Shown here piece by piece: positions 1 through 10,358 of a DNA stretch of 64,000 nt (its first letter is position 1; every line of letters begins with the position of its first letter). The notes beneath the pieces were generated by a model. That model did not search any database, had not been told where the DNA came from, and saw only the letters and a program-made list of their open reading frames with translations. Origin of the DNA: Candidatus Heimdallarchaeota archaeon (GTDB lineage Archaea > Asgardarchaeota > Heimdallarchaeia > JABLTI01); the NCBI GenBank assembly GCA_018238155.1, contig JABCTZ010000037.1, forward strand, positions 1 through 64,000, given 5' to 3'. The position numbers and the translations under genes were made by a program.

Positions 1-13
1 GATTGCTCTAACT

Positions 14-2752
14 TTGGTTACAATTGCTATTGCTAGCAGCTTTTTCTTCTTCGATTCGTTTCAATCACAATTCTCAGTTAATTATATGAATGATAATAGA
101 GCAGAACAAAGTGATATTGTATTATCTTGGGATTTCTCTTATGAAGATTATCTTGGGAACAATAGTGGTTCTATTGACGATTACATATTTGCTAATAACC
201 TAGGTACTGAACTAACAACCCAGCTAAGCTCTTATTTAGGGAATAATTCTATATCAAATGTTTATTCTCAAGAAAGCTCTTATGCTTTTTCTTTTGGTAA
301 AGATGATAATCTCACTTTTACATTAGTCAATGCTAATAATATCAATCTCGAATTACTCGATGAATATTCCGTTGAACAGAACACTAGTATTGATCTACTT
401 GAAGGAGGAATTTTGGTACTCGAGCAATCTGTTGTTGACTATTCATCTTCTGAAGCTGCTCTACTAAATGAGAGTGAAATTTTACTTATGGATGGTCTGA
501 CAGATGTTAGCCAATTCAACTTTACTATTGATTTTCATTCTAAAGTTATCTGGGACATACAAGATTCTGCTCTTTCGAATAAAATTACTAAAATTGTTGG
601 AGTAACTGATTTTGCTGTTGTTGTTTCAGATGACATCTTTGAGGAATACTTACAATTTATCAATTCGGCATCTTCGACATTTGACATATCTGCTTCAATT
701 CATTTTGATCTTGATTATTCAGAAATTAATTTTGAAAACAGAGCTGTACTACAAAATCAGCTTTCACAATTTATTTATTCAACTCAAAATTTTGTTTTAG
801 ATGAATTTTCAACTGATGCTGATTTTTCTTTCGAAACTGTCTTCCTGTCTCTTCTATCAAATCTAGAGAATGTTATTTTCATTATCCAAATACTTGTCTT
901 AGTTTTTACAATACCAACAGTTCTTTTCTCTTTATTGATTCTTTACTTTAGCAATGAATACTTTTTTGCAAAACGCAGCAAACTTTTTTCATTTTATTAT
1001 TCAAAAGGTTCTTCGACTCAGCAGTTATTCTTCTTTGTTTTCACTGAATTTCTTATTTCTACGACTTCAGCACTTATTTCAGGTATTGGATTATCGGTTC
1101 CTTTCACTCTATTAATGATAAAGAATCCAAATTTTGGCTTTGTTCACAATTCTGCTTCTCAACTAAATTTGTCTCTCAATATTTCATATCTCAATATCCT
1201 TTGGATTTCATTAATTATAATTGCGATTGGCTTGTTGGTAATTGTGAATAATATCAAACCAATATTTTCTCTTAGTGGTGATAAGAAGAACCTCGAATCT
1301 GAGGATATTGCTGAACCCAGGACAACAATCTGGAAAAATCTTTACTTTGACTTTCTTCTTCTCTTAGCAGGAGTAAGCATAATAGTGATAGAAAAAGTGC
1401 TTTTCCAAGTTGGACATGATTTCACCACTCAGTTTTTTGTATTCTTCATTGGTATTTTAGTAGTCATTTTCGCTCTCGCATTAGTTCTACTAAGAACATT
1501 ACCAGGTATTCTCTCTTCAGTTGGTAATTATCTGTGGAAATCTTTTGGTGGTATTTCCTCCTTTGCAACCAGATTGTTCAATGTCCGAAAGAAAATATTG
1601 GTAAAAAATATGATTACTTTTGCATTATGTATTTCATATATACTCGTCCTTATTCAAGCAGTTTCTGCAGTAAATCAGTTTAGTACTGAGCAAGCATATT
1701 TTAGTGTAGGTGCTGATGCTAGAATTGATTTCAGTGATGATAGCAATATTACAACAATAATTTCTGCACTACCCTCAAGTATACAGTATTCGGAAATAAC
1801 CAAATTCCATTTGCGAAATTTCCTGACTGGAGATCGATTGGTCTTTCTTGTTATTGATCCGAACACTTTTCTTTCTACTGCTTATTTCAAAGATACTTTT
1901 CTACAAGATAGATCATCTTCAGAAATAGTTGGAAAAATAGACCAAAATCTAACCATTCTCTCTCAACGAGAAATAGCAGAATCGAAATCGTGGCCTCTAG
2001 GGCATAATTATACCCTCACCCTCTCATATGGCAGCACAGATAGACTTTCCCTGGATGTTGTTGACTACTTCAATACTTGGCCATTTTTCATGAATGACAA
2101 TCAACAAGTTGAAGGTATTCCTCTTATTATTGGAAAAGATACATTCAAAGTTCTAAAAGAATATGGGACTGAATTCAGCAATCATCTTCTCTTAGATGTC
2201 CCTGAAACTGAGGATTATGTTCAGATTATGAATAATATAGAAACTGAAGTACTTACCTCTAAAGAAATCCTAGTTAGCATAGATGATGGTTATAATCAAT
2301 TTTGGAGCGAACCTTTCTGGTATATTCTAAATACTTTTGCAGTGATAAATCTCTATCTGATAAGTTTACTATTTATTGTTCTTATAGTTATCACCATAAT
2401 TACATTAGAAAATAATCGAAAAGCGGAAACAGGTATGTTCCTAGCTTTAGGTATTAGAAAGAAACAGATTTTTCTTCTGTCTTTAATTGAACAACTAACT
2501 GTATTAATTCCAGGATTACTTCTCGGAATTGCTATTGGTTTGCCCAGTTCAATTTTCCTAAATAATCAATTGAAAAACAATTTTCCAATCCCTATTAGCA
2601 GTTTAGGTGTTTCTTGGATTGTTAGCATAATACTTCTTGGTATCTTTCTCTTCAATTTGATTTTAGTTACTGGTTCAGCTTTTCGTGCTTCATCTCGAAA
2701 AGTAGCATATTTTATTCAGGAGTTGGAATTACATAATGAGTCTTATGATTGA
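14..2752 (+). CDS. FtsX/MacB-like ABC transporter permease (probably 5'-truncated by the window edge)
   Basis: Two TM clusters separated by large extracytoplasmic domains. C-terminal FtsX-type motif 'NRKAETGMFLALGIRKKQI'. Overlaps the downstream ABC ATPase. Confidence 0.85.
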   Translation: MVTIAIASSFFFFDSFQSQFSVNYMNDNRAEQSDIVLSWDFSYEDYLGNNSGSIDDYIFANNLGTELTTQLSSYLGNNSISNVYSQESSYAFSFGKDDNLTFTLVNANNINLELLDEYSVEQNTSIDLLEGGILVLEQSVVDYSSSEAALLNESEILLMDGLTDVSQFNFTIDFHSKVIWDIQDSALSNKITKIVGVTDFAVVVSDDIFEEYLQFINSASSTFDISASIHFDLDYSEINFENRAVLQNQLSQFIYSTQNFVLDEFSTDADFSFETVFLSLLSNLENVIFIIQILVLVFTIPTVLFSLLILYFSNEYFFAKRSKLFSFYYSKGSSTQQLFFFVFTEFLISTTSALISGIGLSVPFTLLMIKNPNFGFVHNSASQLNLSLNISYLNILWISLIIIAIGLLVIVNNIKPIFSLSGDKKNLESEDIAEPRTTIWKNLYFDFLLLLAGVSIIVIEKVLFQVGHDFTTQFFVFFIGILVVIFALALVLLRTLPGILSSVGNYLWKSFGGISSFATRLFNVRKKILVKNMITFALCISYILVLIQAVSAVNQFSTEQAYFSVGADARIDFSDDSNITTIISALPSSIQYSEITKFHLRNFLTGDRLVFLVIDPNTFLSTAYFKDTFLQDRSSSEIVGKIDQNLTILSQREIAESKSWPLGHNYTLTLSYGSTDRLSLDVVDYFNTWPFFMNDNQQVEGIPLIIGKDTFKVLKEYGTEFSNHLLLDVPETEDYVQIMNNIETEVLTSKEILVSIDDGYNQFWSEPFWYILNTFAVINLYLISLLFIVLIVITIITLENNRKAETGMFLALGIRKKQIFLLSLIEQLTVLIPGLLLGIAIGLPSSIFLNNQLKNNFPIPISSLGVSWIVSIILLGIFLFNLILVTGSAFRASSRKVAYFIQELELHNESYD

Positions 2753-3680
2753 TTGTCGAAATGTCATAAAAATCTACTATAATAGAACGAAACAGATCAA
2801 AATGGCTGCTCTACGTGGTGTAGAGTTGAAAGTCAAAAAAGGGGAGCTAGTTGCCATTGTAGGTCCATCTGGAGCAGGTAAATCTACACTATTGAAGATT
2901 CTCGGTGCATTGGACTTTCCTTCGAGTGGTACCTTACATGTTGGTGGAAAATTGGTAAATACCTTCACTCAATCACAGATTATTGATTATCATCGCAATT
3001 GGGTAGGATTTGTTTGGCAAGCTCCTCTACGAAATGTTCTCACCAGTGAAAAAGCAATTAACAACGTTCTCCTTCCTATGAAAATAGGTGGAAAATTACC
3101 CAAAAACAAACAGAAAGAACGTGCTCTTGATCTTTTGAAATCTGTCGGTTTAGAACACAGAATAAATCATAAACCTACTCAACTTTCAGGAGGTGAAGTT
3201 CAGCGATTAGGAATTGCTGTTGCTCTTGCAAATGATCCAAAAATTATTTTAATGGATGAACCTACCGGAGAGCTTGACTCTGAAACGACGACTGAAATTT
3301 TTACTTTATTAAAGGAACTGAACAAATTTTTTGATAAAACCATAGTAATTGTTTCTCATGATCGATACGTGGAAAAGAAAGCAGATGTTGTTTATAGAAT
3401 TTCTGATGGGCTTCTCTTAAACATTGATCTTGCACGATCAATTGAAGTAACAGACTCAAAAGAACAAGTTAGCTATGTCGATGAATTTGGTCTATTACGA
3501 ATTCCATTACATTTCTTAAAGGATACAGGAATTCAAAACTATGTTAAAATCAAAAGTGCTTCTGATAGAATAGAAATACTTCCACATGTTCAAGAAGCAG
3601 CAGTAAGTGATGTTATTGTTAAAGAAACTAAAAAGGAATCTAAGGGTAAAAACTCAAAGGAAGATAGGAGTGGAAAATAA
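2736..3680 (+). CDS. ABC transporter ATP-binding protein (LolD/MacB-like) with AbrB-like C-terminal extension
   Basis: Walker A GPSGAGKST, signature LSGGE, Walker B ILMDEP, H-loop SHD. C-terminal 'VDEFGLLRIP' resembles AbrB-type domains. Confidence 0.92.
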   Translation: MSLMIDCRNVIKIYYNRTKQIKMAALRGVELKVKKGELVAIVGPSGAGKSTLLKILGALDFPSSGTLHVGGKLVNTFTQSQIIDYHRNWVGFVWQAPLRNVLTSEKAINNVLLPMKIGGKLPKNKQKERALDLLKSVGLEHRINHKPTQLSGGEVQRLGIAVALANDPKIILMDEPTGELDSETTTEIFTLLKELNKFFDKTIVIVSHDRYVEKKADVVYRISDGLLLNIDLARSIEVTDSKEQVSYVDEFGLLRIPLHFLKDTGIQNYVKIKSASDRIEILPHVQEAAVSDVIVKETKKESKGKNSKEDRSGK

Positions 3681-4378
3681 TGTCAATAAAACAATCAAAA
3701 GAGATTAGAAAAATAATTCGGTGCACAGACTTAACTAAGGAATACCAATTTGGTTCTGAAGTAATCCATGCCCTACAAAAGATAAATCTAGAAATTATTG
3801 AAGGAGAATTTGTTGCAGTTATGGGGAAGAGTGGTAGTGGTAAAACCACATTAATAAATATACTAGCTGGGTTACTATCAGCTTCTTCTGGAGAAGTAGT
3901 CATTGATGAGCAATCTTTACTAAATATGTCCACTGATCAATTAAGCCTCTTGCGTAGAAAAACTATAGGAATAGTTTTTCAAATGTTCAATTTACATCCT
4001 GGGTTAACTGTACTAGAAAATGTAGAATTACCTCTATTATTTAATGACATCGATAAAGATAAACGAAGGGCTGCCGCTCAAGAAATATTGACTTTCTTGC
4101 AGCTTGAGGATTACATAGATAACTATCCTGATGAATTGAGTGGTGGAGAAAAACAAAGAGTAGCTATTGCTCGAGCTTTAATCAATGAACCAAAAATACT
4201 TCTTGCAGATGAACCAACTGGAAATCTAAATTCATTACTTGCCAAAGAAATTGTTACGCTTTTCAAAAAAATAAATAAAGAAAAAGGTTTAACAATCATT
4301 TTTGTTACCCATGATGAGTCCTTATTTGATGATGATATGCGTTTAGTAAAGCTCAAAGATGGTAGATTATTGAATTGA
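3680..4378 (+). CDS. ABC transporter ATP-binding protein (LolD-like)
   Basis: GKSGSGKTT, LSGGEKQRVAIARAL, LADEPTGNL, THD. Start overlaps the previous stop by 1 nt. Confidence 0.93.
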   Translation: MSIKQSKEIRKIIRCTDLTKEYQFGSEVIHALQKINLEIIEGEFVAVMGKSGSGKTTLINILAGLLSASSGEVVIDEQSLLNMSTDQLSLLRRKTIGIVFQMFNLHPGLTVLENVELPLLFNDIDKDKRRAAAQEILTFLQLEDYIDNYPDELSGGEKQRVAIARALINEPKILLADEPTGNLNSLLAKEIVTLFKKINKEKGLTIIFVTHDESLFDDDMRLVKLKDGRLLN

Positions 4379-4568
4379 AAGAGTCCTCTCAAATTAATAT
4401 CTGTATAACTAAATTTTGACTTAAAATGCTATTTCTTAAGAAAACTATATTAATTCTTTTCCTTTCGTAGAAAGTATTCCCATCTATAGTATAATTACAG
4501 CTATTCGAATCTTGCTATTTCAATCTTTGAAAGTATTTTTACTAAATGAACTTAGGTTTTGATTAATT

Positions 4569-5438
4569 ATGGCTAAGAAAAAGTTAGGAATAGTAGCAGA
4601 TTCAACATGTGATTTACATCCAGATTATATTAAAAAATATAATATTGGTATTGTCCCTTTGAAAATTATTTTTGATGATGAAGTTAGGTATCAAGGTCTT
4701 GATATTACTAATGATGAATATTATCAGCGATTGATTGCCGGTGAAATGCCTACAACGGGTGCACCTGCACCAAAATTCTTCAAAGAAGCAATTGATAAAG
4801 CATTGGAAGAATATGAACAAGTACTAGTTTTTTGTATCGGCAATAAACTTAGTGCAACATACTCCACAGCTGTTATGGTTAAAAAACAATTTTTCGATGA
4901 AAGAGTAACTATTATTGATACAAACACTTTGTCAGTTACGATCAGTTTAATTCTCTTACCTGTAGCAAGGATGGTAGCTGATGGTGCATCCAAAGAGAAA
5001 GTACTAACTTTCGTTAACAAGACAATTCCTCATACACAAGTATTTGGAGGAGCTGCAACATTGAAGTATCTCCATAAAGGAGGTCGTCTTAGTAGAGCCT
5101 CCTACATGATAGGATCTTTACTAAATTTTAAACCTTTAATTAGTGTAGATGATGGATTAATTGTTTCACCTGGAAAAGTTCGTGGAACGAATAATCTAAT
5201 GGAACACATGAAAACTGTAGCTAATAAAATCGCTGAAAATCGTTTGTCAGAGCTAGTAATTGTTGGTCATTGTGCTAATTTAGAGAAAGCAGAAGAAGCG
5301 GCTGAATATTTGAAAGGATTACCTAATGCACCCAAAGAAGTAATAGTGTGGGAAATTGGTCCGGTAATTGGAACACATTTAGGACCTGGTACCATAGGAA
5401 TTGTTTGGGTAGGCGAATTCAAAGAAGAATGGTTGTAA
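4569..5438 (+). CDS. DegV/FakB family fatty-acid-binding protein
   Basis: N-terminal 'IVADSTCDL', 'LSATYSTA', 'LKYLHKGGR', C-terminal 'IGTHLGPGTIG' are DegV hallmarks. Confidence 0.92.
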   Translation: MAKKKLGIVADSTCDLHPDYIKKYNIGIVPLKIIFDDEVRYQGLDITNDEYYQRLIAGEMPTTGAPAPKFFKEAIDKALEEYEQVLVFCIGNKLSATYSTAVMVKKQFFDERVTIIDTNTLSVTISLILLPVARMVADGASKEKVLTFVNKTIPHTQVFGGAATLKYLHKGGRLSRASYMIGSLLNFKPLISVDDGLIVSPGKVRGTNNLMEHMKTVANKIAENRLSELVIVGHCANLEKAEEAAEYLKGLPNAPKEVIVWEIGPVIGTHLGPGTIGIVWVGEFKEEWL

Positions 5439-5630
5439 ATTAAGATTAATCTTTGGATTTTCGAATTAAAATAAAACAAAAAAGGATAATTTTGTGCTAA
5501 ACACACAATAATTATTCCTTTAAATAGTAAGCTTTTTTTACCAAGCGAACCGAGTCAATTTATAGTGAAACTGTTATTAGATGATTGTTTCAAGCTTATT
5601 GCTTTAGACAATATCCTCTAAGTAAACGAT

Positions 5631-7037
5631 TTGGTGAATAATTTGGTATTAGGAAAATTAGGTTCTTCAATAACTTCTGCTTTGAAGAAGATAGTTGGAG
5701 CTGGGACAGTTGATGCTACTCTTATTCGAGAATTAAAGAATGAGCTCTTAAAAGCTCTTCTCGAAGCTGATGTGAAGCTTGAAATTGCCTTAGAAGTCAC
5801 TGAGAAGGTAGAGAAAAAGGCACTCAAAGATGATCTTCCTCCGGGCATTCCCCGCCAAAAACATGTTGTATCTATTGTACATGATGAGCTTGTTCAGATT
5901 TTGGGTGGCAAGGGACAGAAATTAAAGATAACTCCCGGCAAACTTAACGTGTTACTTTTTGTTGGTATACAAGGTTCAGGCAAAACTACTGTCGTAGGAA
6001 AATTAGGCAATTGGTTAAACAAGCGTGGTATGAAGCCAGCTATGGTTTGTGCTGATACAGATCGACCAGGTGCTTACGAGCAACTAGTTCAACTCGGAGA
6101 ACAAATCAATGTTCCTGTCTATGGTGAGCCAAAAGAAAAAAATGCTGTTAAAATTGCTCGCGATGGTGTTACTCATTTCCAAAAATCAAAAGAAGTCATT
6201 TTAGTTGACACTGCAGGTCGTCATAAAGAAGAGAAAGCCATGTTAAAAGAAATGGCTAAAATTGCCAAAATGGTTAAACCCGATGAAATAATTCTCGTAA
6301 TTGATGGAACATTAGGTCAACAAGCATTTGATCAAGCACTTGCCTTTGCCACAACAACTAAAATTGGAAGTATAATAGTTACAAAACTTGATGGTTCAGC
6401 AAAAGGTGGAGGAGCTCTAAGTGCTTGCGCAGCAACAAAAGCACCAATAAAATATCTAGGTGTTGGAGAAAAAGTTGGTGATTTAGAACGGTTTGATGCT
6501 ACTGGTTTTGTTGGTAGGTTACTCAATATGGGTGATATTGAAGCTTTAATTGAAAGTGTTCAAGCTGCTGAAATTGAACCAGATGAAGAAATGGCTAAAG
6601 CATTCCTCACAGGCAAATTTACCTTACGAGATATGTATGCCCAAATGCAAAATATTGGCAAAATGGGTTCTATGTCCAAAATTCTCTCTTTCCTTCCAGG
6701 TTTCTCTACAGGATTACCAGATGGACTTGAAGATACTTCAGAAGAAAATATGAAAAAATTCATGTGCATGATGGAATCTATGACAGCAGAAGAACTCGAT
6801 GATCCTTCTGTTATTAGAAGCACTAGAATTCAACGTATTGCTCGTGGCTCTGGAACTGACCCAAAAGATATCAAACAACTAATGAAGCAATTCAATCAAA
6901 TGAAAAAAATGATGAAGGGTATGAAGAAAGGAATGGGACGAAGAGGAGGCAAAATGCCAAATATGACAGATTTAGCAGGGATGCAGGGTGTTACTGGTAA
7001 ACCTTCTACAAAAATCACTAGAGGTAAGAAAAGATAG
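5631..7037 (+). CDS. srp54: Signal recognition particle protein SRP54
   Basis: GIQGSGKTT, DTAGRH, TKLDGSAKGGGALS, Met-rich M domain with 'RIARGSG'. Confidence 0.97.
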   Translation: MVNNLVLGKLGSSITSALKKIVGAGTVDATLIRELKNELLKALLEADVKLEIALEVTEKVEKKALKDDLPPGIPRQKHVVSIVHDELVQILGGKGQKLKITPGKLNVLLFVGIQGSGKTTVVGKLGNWLNKRGMKPAMVCADTDRPGAYEQLVQLGEQINVPVYGEPKEKNAVKIARDGVTHFQKSKEVILVDTAGRHKEEKAMLKEMAKIAKMVKPDEIILVIDGTLGQQAFDQALAFATTTKIGSIIVTKLDGSAKGGGALSACAATKAPIKYLGVGEKVGDLERFDATGFVGRLLNMGDIEALIESVQAAEIEPDEEMAKAFLTGKFTLRDMYAQMQNIGKMGSMSKILSFLPGFSTGLPDGLEDTSEENMKKFMCMMESMTAEELDDPSVIRSTRIQRIARGSGTDPKDIKQLMKQFNQMKKMMKGMKKGMGRRGGKMPNMTDLAGMQGVTGKPSTKITRGKKR

Positions 7038-7093
7038 GTCATCTATCTACCTCTTACATTTTCTATTGAAAGAAGTTTTTTGGAGGGAAAGAA

Positions 7094-7765
7094 TTGTATA
7101 GGATTTTTCTAATCAAAATTCAGAAGTTTAAGTATGAGAAAAGAGATCTTAATCTTCCCTTCTCACAAAAACGTATCATTATTGGTTTTTTATCTCGAAT
7201 GGTTACAAATGCTATTTTTCTTTCCCATTCTTTGAGAAAGAAAGTAATTGTTAGATTAGCAATTGAAGAACCAGTTCCTCATATAATTCAAATTCAAACT
7301 GATAAAATAAGATATCTTGGACCTGATGAAAGAAGTTTCGCCTCAATAATCCTAAAAGCAGAAAGAAAAATAATAGAACAAAAAATTAATTCACCTAATG
7401 ATCACTGGTTTCAACCCAATCCTGGATTATTTGCAAAAATAACTGATGATTGGTTAATTGATTTGGACCTCTATTTAAATGAGCCAATTGGATTTATTCA
7501 ATTCAATTATAATTCCACAAATGGAGAGAACATAGTTCAAGAAACAATTGATTTTTCATTTAGAGGTTTTGAAGAAAAAATAAACTCTTTTTGTGAAAAG
7601 TTCAATTCAAATATATTTGTTTTTAATTTAACAAAAGGAGCAATAGATTGGTGTGAACCTCCACTACCATTAAACACTGTCCCACATCACATACAGATAC
7701 CAAAAATAGTAAATCCGCCAAAAATAGTAGGATTAATAAATATTATACTGGATGAAATAAAATAG
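7094..7765 (+). CDS. TrmY-like SPOUT protein (tRNA pseudouridine54 N1-methyltransferase family), divergent
   Basis: 'AIFLSHSLRK' and 'IRYLGPDERS' match TrmY N-terminal motifs, and it follows srp54. C-terminal half is atypical. Start uncertain. Confidence 0.6.
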   Translation: MYRIFLIKIQKFKYEKRDLNLPFSQKRIIIGFLSRMVTNAIFLSHSLRKKVIVRLAIEEPVPHIIQIQTDKIRYLGPDERSFASIILKAERKIIEQKINSPNDHWFQPNPGLFAKITDDWLIDLDLYLNEPIGFIQFNYNSTNGENIVQETIDFSFRGFEEKINSFCEKFNSNIFVFNLTKGAIDWCEPPLPLNTVPHHIQIPKIVNPPKIVGLINIILDEIK

Positions 7766-7775
7766 AAACCAAATA

Positions 7776-8462
7776 TCATGGTTTCCTAGAGAATAAACGA
7801 TATTTTTCCTCAGGATTGGTTAACTCGCGCATTATTCGTGCAATAATTAATTTCTTTGGATCAGAAACTTTTGTTCTTGAAGCAATGTCCTCAAAAGAGG
7901 TGAAATTCACTCTATTTCGTTCAGCTATCAAATTCTCAAGATGGGTCGTACCGATACCTGGAAGCAATTTGAATGCATGCATTCTTGAGGTCACAAGTGA
8001 AGCTTTGTTGAACCAATTAACAAATCGAAATTCTTGTTTTGTAACGATTTCCATTAAACAATCATCAAGAATCTTTTCAGAAGAGTTAGCTAAATCATTA
8101 TATCCAATTCTTCGTTTAATTCGAGTAATTAATTTGCGATTGTCCTTTCCAATTCCAATTCTATAAAGAGGTTTGATATGTACTCCTCTCTTTGGACTTA
8201 ACTCCAACAGAGTAAACCAGATCTCACCTATCGCTTGAACAACGGGTTCTCGACTATTGAATGGATTTGGATCTGTTGGGCTGCCTTCTGATAAATAAGC
8301 TAGTGCCCAAGCAAATTCTTCATATTTTCTTTGTCGGTCACCAGTAGCATCCTGTCTACTTTGAGCTGGATTGTTACTTGATCTATTGCGATTGTTGCTG
8401 TAAGAGCGATTTTGGTTTTGATTTGTTCTTTCGGGCATCATAACCCACCATTTATTATTCAT
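7776..8462 (-). CDS. DUF655 family predicted RNA-binding protein
   Basis: 'QAIGEIWFTLLEL', HhH motif 'LLPGIG', 'YRLF' ending. Conserved position after rpl21e-rpoF. Confidence 0.9.
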   Translation of the reverse strand: MNNKWWVMMPERTNQNQNRSYSNNRNRSSNNPAQSRQDATGDRQRKYEEFAWALAYLSEGSPTDPNPFNSREPVVQAIGEIWFTLLELSPKRGVHIKPLYRIGIGKDNRKLITRIKRRIGYNDLANSSEKILDDCLMEIVTKQEFRFVNWFNKASLVTSRMHAFKLLPGIGTTHLENLIAERNRVNFTSFEDIASRTKVSDPKKLIIARIMRELTNPEEKYRLFSRKP

Positions 8463-8699
8463 TCGTTGGAAATGTTTGATTGTTTATCAATAAACTATTT
8501 CCATTTCAATTATTTTAATGTGATTCTTATTACTTTGTTTATTGTATAGATATTCCATTAATTTAAACTGTTCTCTAATTCCTTATCTAAAATTCTTTAA
8601 ACTCTGACTTAATTTAGTCACAAATTAGCACTTGGAATTTTTCGTAGCAAAGAGATAAAATAAGAAGAAAGTGAAAAGCTATTGATTTGCTAAATAATT

Positions 8700-9026
8700 T
8701 TACTCTCTCAATAGATCAAGCAATTTTCCGGTTTCTTCTGTTGTGAAAACTCTAGATGCATCTTGAATAAAAACTCGCAATTCATCAATGGTCTCAGGCA
8801 AAAAGTTTACTATTGTAATAGCAATATCTTCGCTCAGCTCGAATTCAGCTATTATTTTTTTAACTAAGGTTTTAGCCTGACGTCCTGTAACTTGTGCGGA
8901 TCTTTGGGCGTGTTCTAATGCAATTCTTTGCAAGTAATTTAATTCTCCATCTTTCTTTCTCTTGTTGAAGATACTTACAACTTCTGGGAGTGAAACGGGA
9001 ATTTTATTGAGAGTTTCTTTGGGCAC
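8700..9026 (-). CDS. rpo4: RNA polymerase subunit Rpo4 (RpoF)
   Basis: 'LNYLQRIALEHAQ', 'IVNFLPETIDELR'. Located between rpl21e and DUF655. Confidence 0.92.
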   Translation of the reverse strand: MPKETLNKIPVSLPEVVSIFNKRKKDGELNYLQRIALEHAQRSAQVTGRQAKTLVKKIIAEFELSEDIAITIVNFLPETIDELRVFIQDASRVFTTEETGKLLDLLRE

Positions 9027-9067
9027 AGTAATTCACCTAACAAAGTATTATTCACTTAACTATAAGT

Positions 9068-9364
9068 CTATTTCTGCATTGCAATATAGACATGTTCGGG
9101 TCTAGCAATAATATCTTTGGTCATGTTTCCAACCTTAATTTTGATTACATATGCTCTACCACGGACTTCAGAAATGACACCGAATTTACCTTGATAGCGT
9201 CTGTGTGGCATTCCTTTTTGAATGGCGGAATCAATTTTAATAACAACTTGATCCCCAACATTGTATTTAATTAGTAATCTACCTAAAGGTTGTATACCTC
9301 TCTTTCTAGGAGATTTTGTAAATAATCTTCTTGTACTATGTCTGTATCCTTTTGAATTTGGCAT
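9068..9364 (-). CDS. rpl21e: 50S ribosomal protein L21e
   Basis: 'MPNSKGYRHSTRRLF', 'KGMPHRRYQGK', 'RPEH'. Confidence 0.97.
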   Translation of the reverse strand: MPNSKGYRHSTRRLFTKSPRKRGIQPLGRLLIKYNVGDQVVIKIDSAIQKGMPHRRYQGKFGVISEVRGRAYVIKIKVGNMTKDIIARPEHVYIAMQK

Positions 9365-9757
9365 AATTTATCACGACGCTGAGTTTTTTCCTTATTCATG
9401 AGTTGTTGAGAATAGCTTTAAAAAGCTTGCTTTTGCTTTCGATACCTCTCTGCTTCTTGTTCTCTTTTTAAACTTTCTTCATCTTGCATCTTCTGGTGTG
9501 CCCGTTTCGTTACTTTGTTACTTTTATTGTTGAGTTTAAGTAGTTCCATATGGCATTTGTTCTTGTGGTATTAAGAGTAGTTCATCGTTCCTCTCCTTCT
9601 TCTCTCTCCAGTTCTAGTTTTCGCCTCTTGCTGATTATCGTAGGTTTAGCATTCCTAATTTTTCTACTTTCCATAAACATAAGCTGAGCCGTTCTGAGTT
9701 AAAGTTTCTTTCGCGCTTACATGTCCATCCCCTATCAAATCGTTCCCTTCCTCTCTA

Positions 9758-10066
9758 TTGTACTATTTAAGAGACGCTTTAAAGAAAGGTGATATTTCTC
9801 CTATTGAATTATTGAGATTAAATGGCGCACCAGTACTTTCTTTGTTTGCAAAATTGTCTGTTATTGAAGCGTTCATAGAAAAAATGTTCAAGAATCTTAT
9901 GAGTATAAATTCACTTTCTGAGAATACAAAAATCATCAATTATACTTTTAGCAAACACTTTGAATTTATGCACCATAAAATTCATAGCAAATTTCTTGAA
10001 AATAATCCTCAAATCCTATCAAAATTAGAGACTAATGTTTATAGTAAATTCCTTGATACTGAGTAA
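9758..10066 (+). CDS. Hypothetical protein (doubtful)
   Basis: 102-aa ORF with TTG start and no recognisable motif. Confidence 0.25.
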   Translation: MYYLRDALKKGDISPIELLRLNGAPVLSLFAKLSVIEAFIEKMFKNLMSINSLSENTKIINYTFSKHFEFMHHKIHSKFLENNPQILSKLETNVYSKFLDTE

Positions 10067-10358
10067 ATTGGTAAAATCTTTGAAAGTCAAGTGTTTCTCT
10101 ATAAGTTAGCGTGGCTTTTACTTCTGAGTTGAAGTAATTTATTTATTAATGCTACTTAATTGAATTGCTCTAAATAAAATGGCATTATTCATAAATAAAA
10201 GATAGATTATATAATCAATTATTCTTTATCTTTGAATGATTATTCTTAAAAAAGGTAAACTAAAAAGCAAGCTTTTTGCACGAGACACTGTCTTGAATTT
10301 TCTTTTCTGTATTTAAATATACAATTCAAAAAAAAGAGAAAAAGTAGAGTTAACTACT

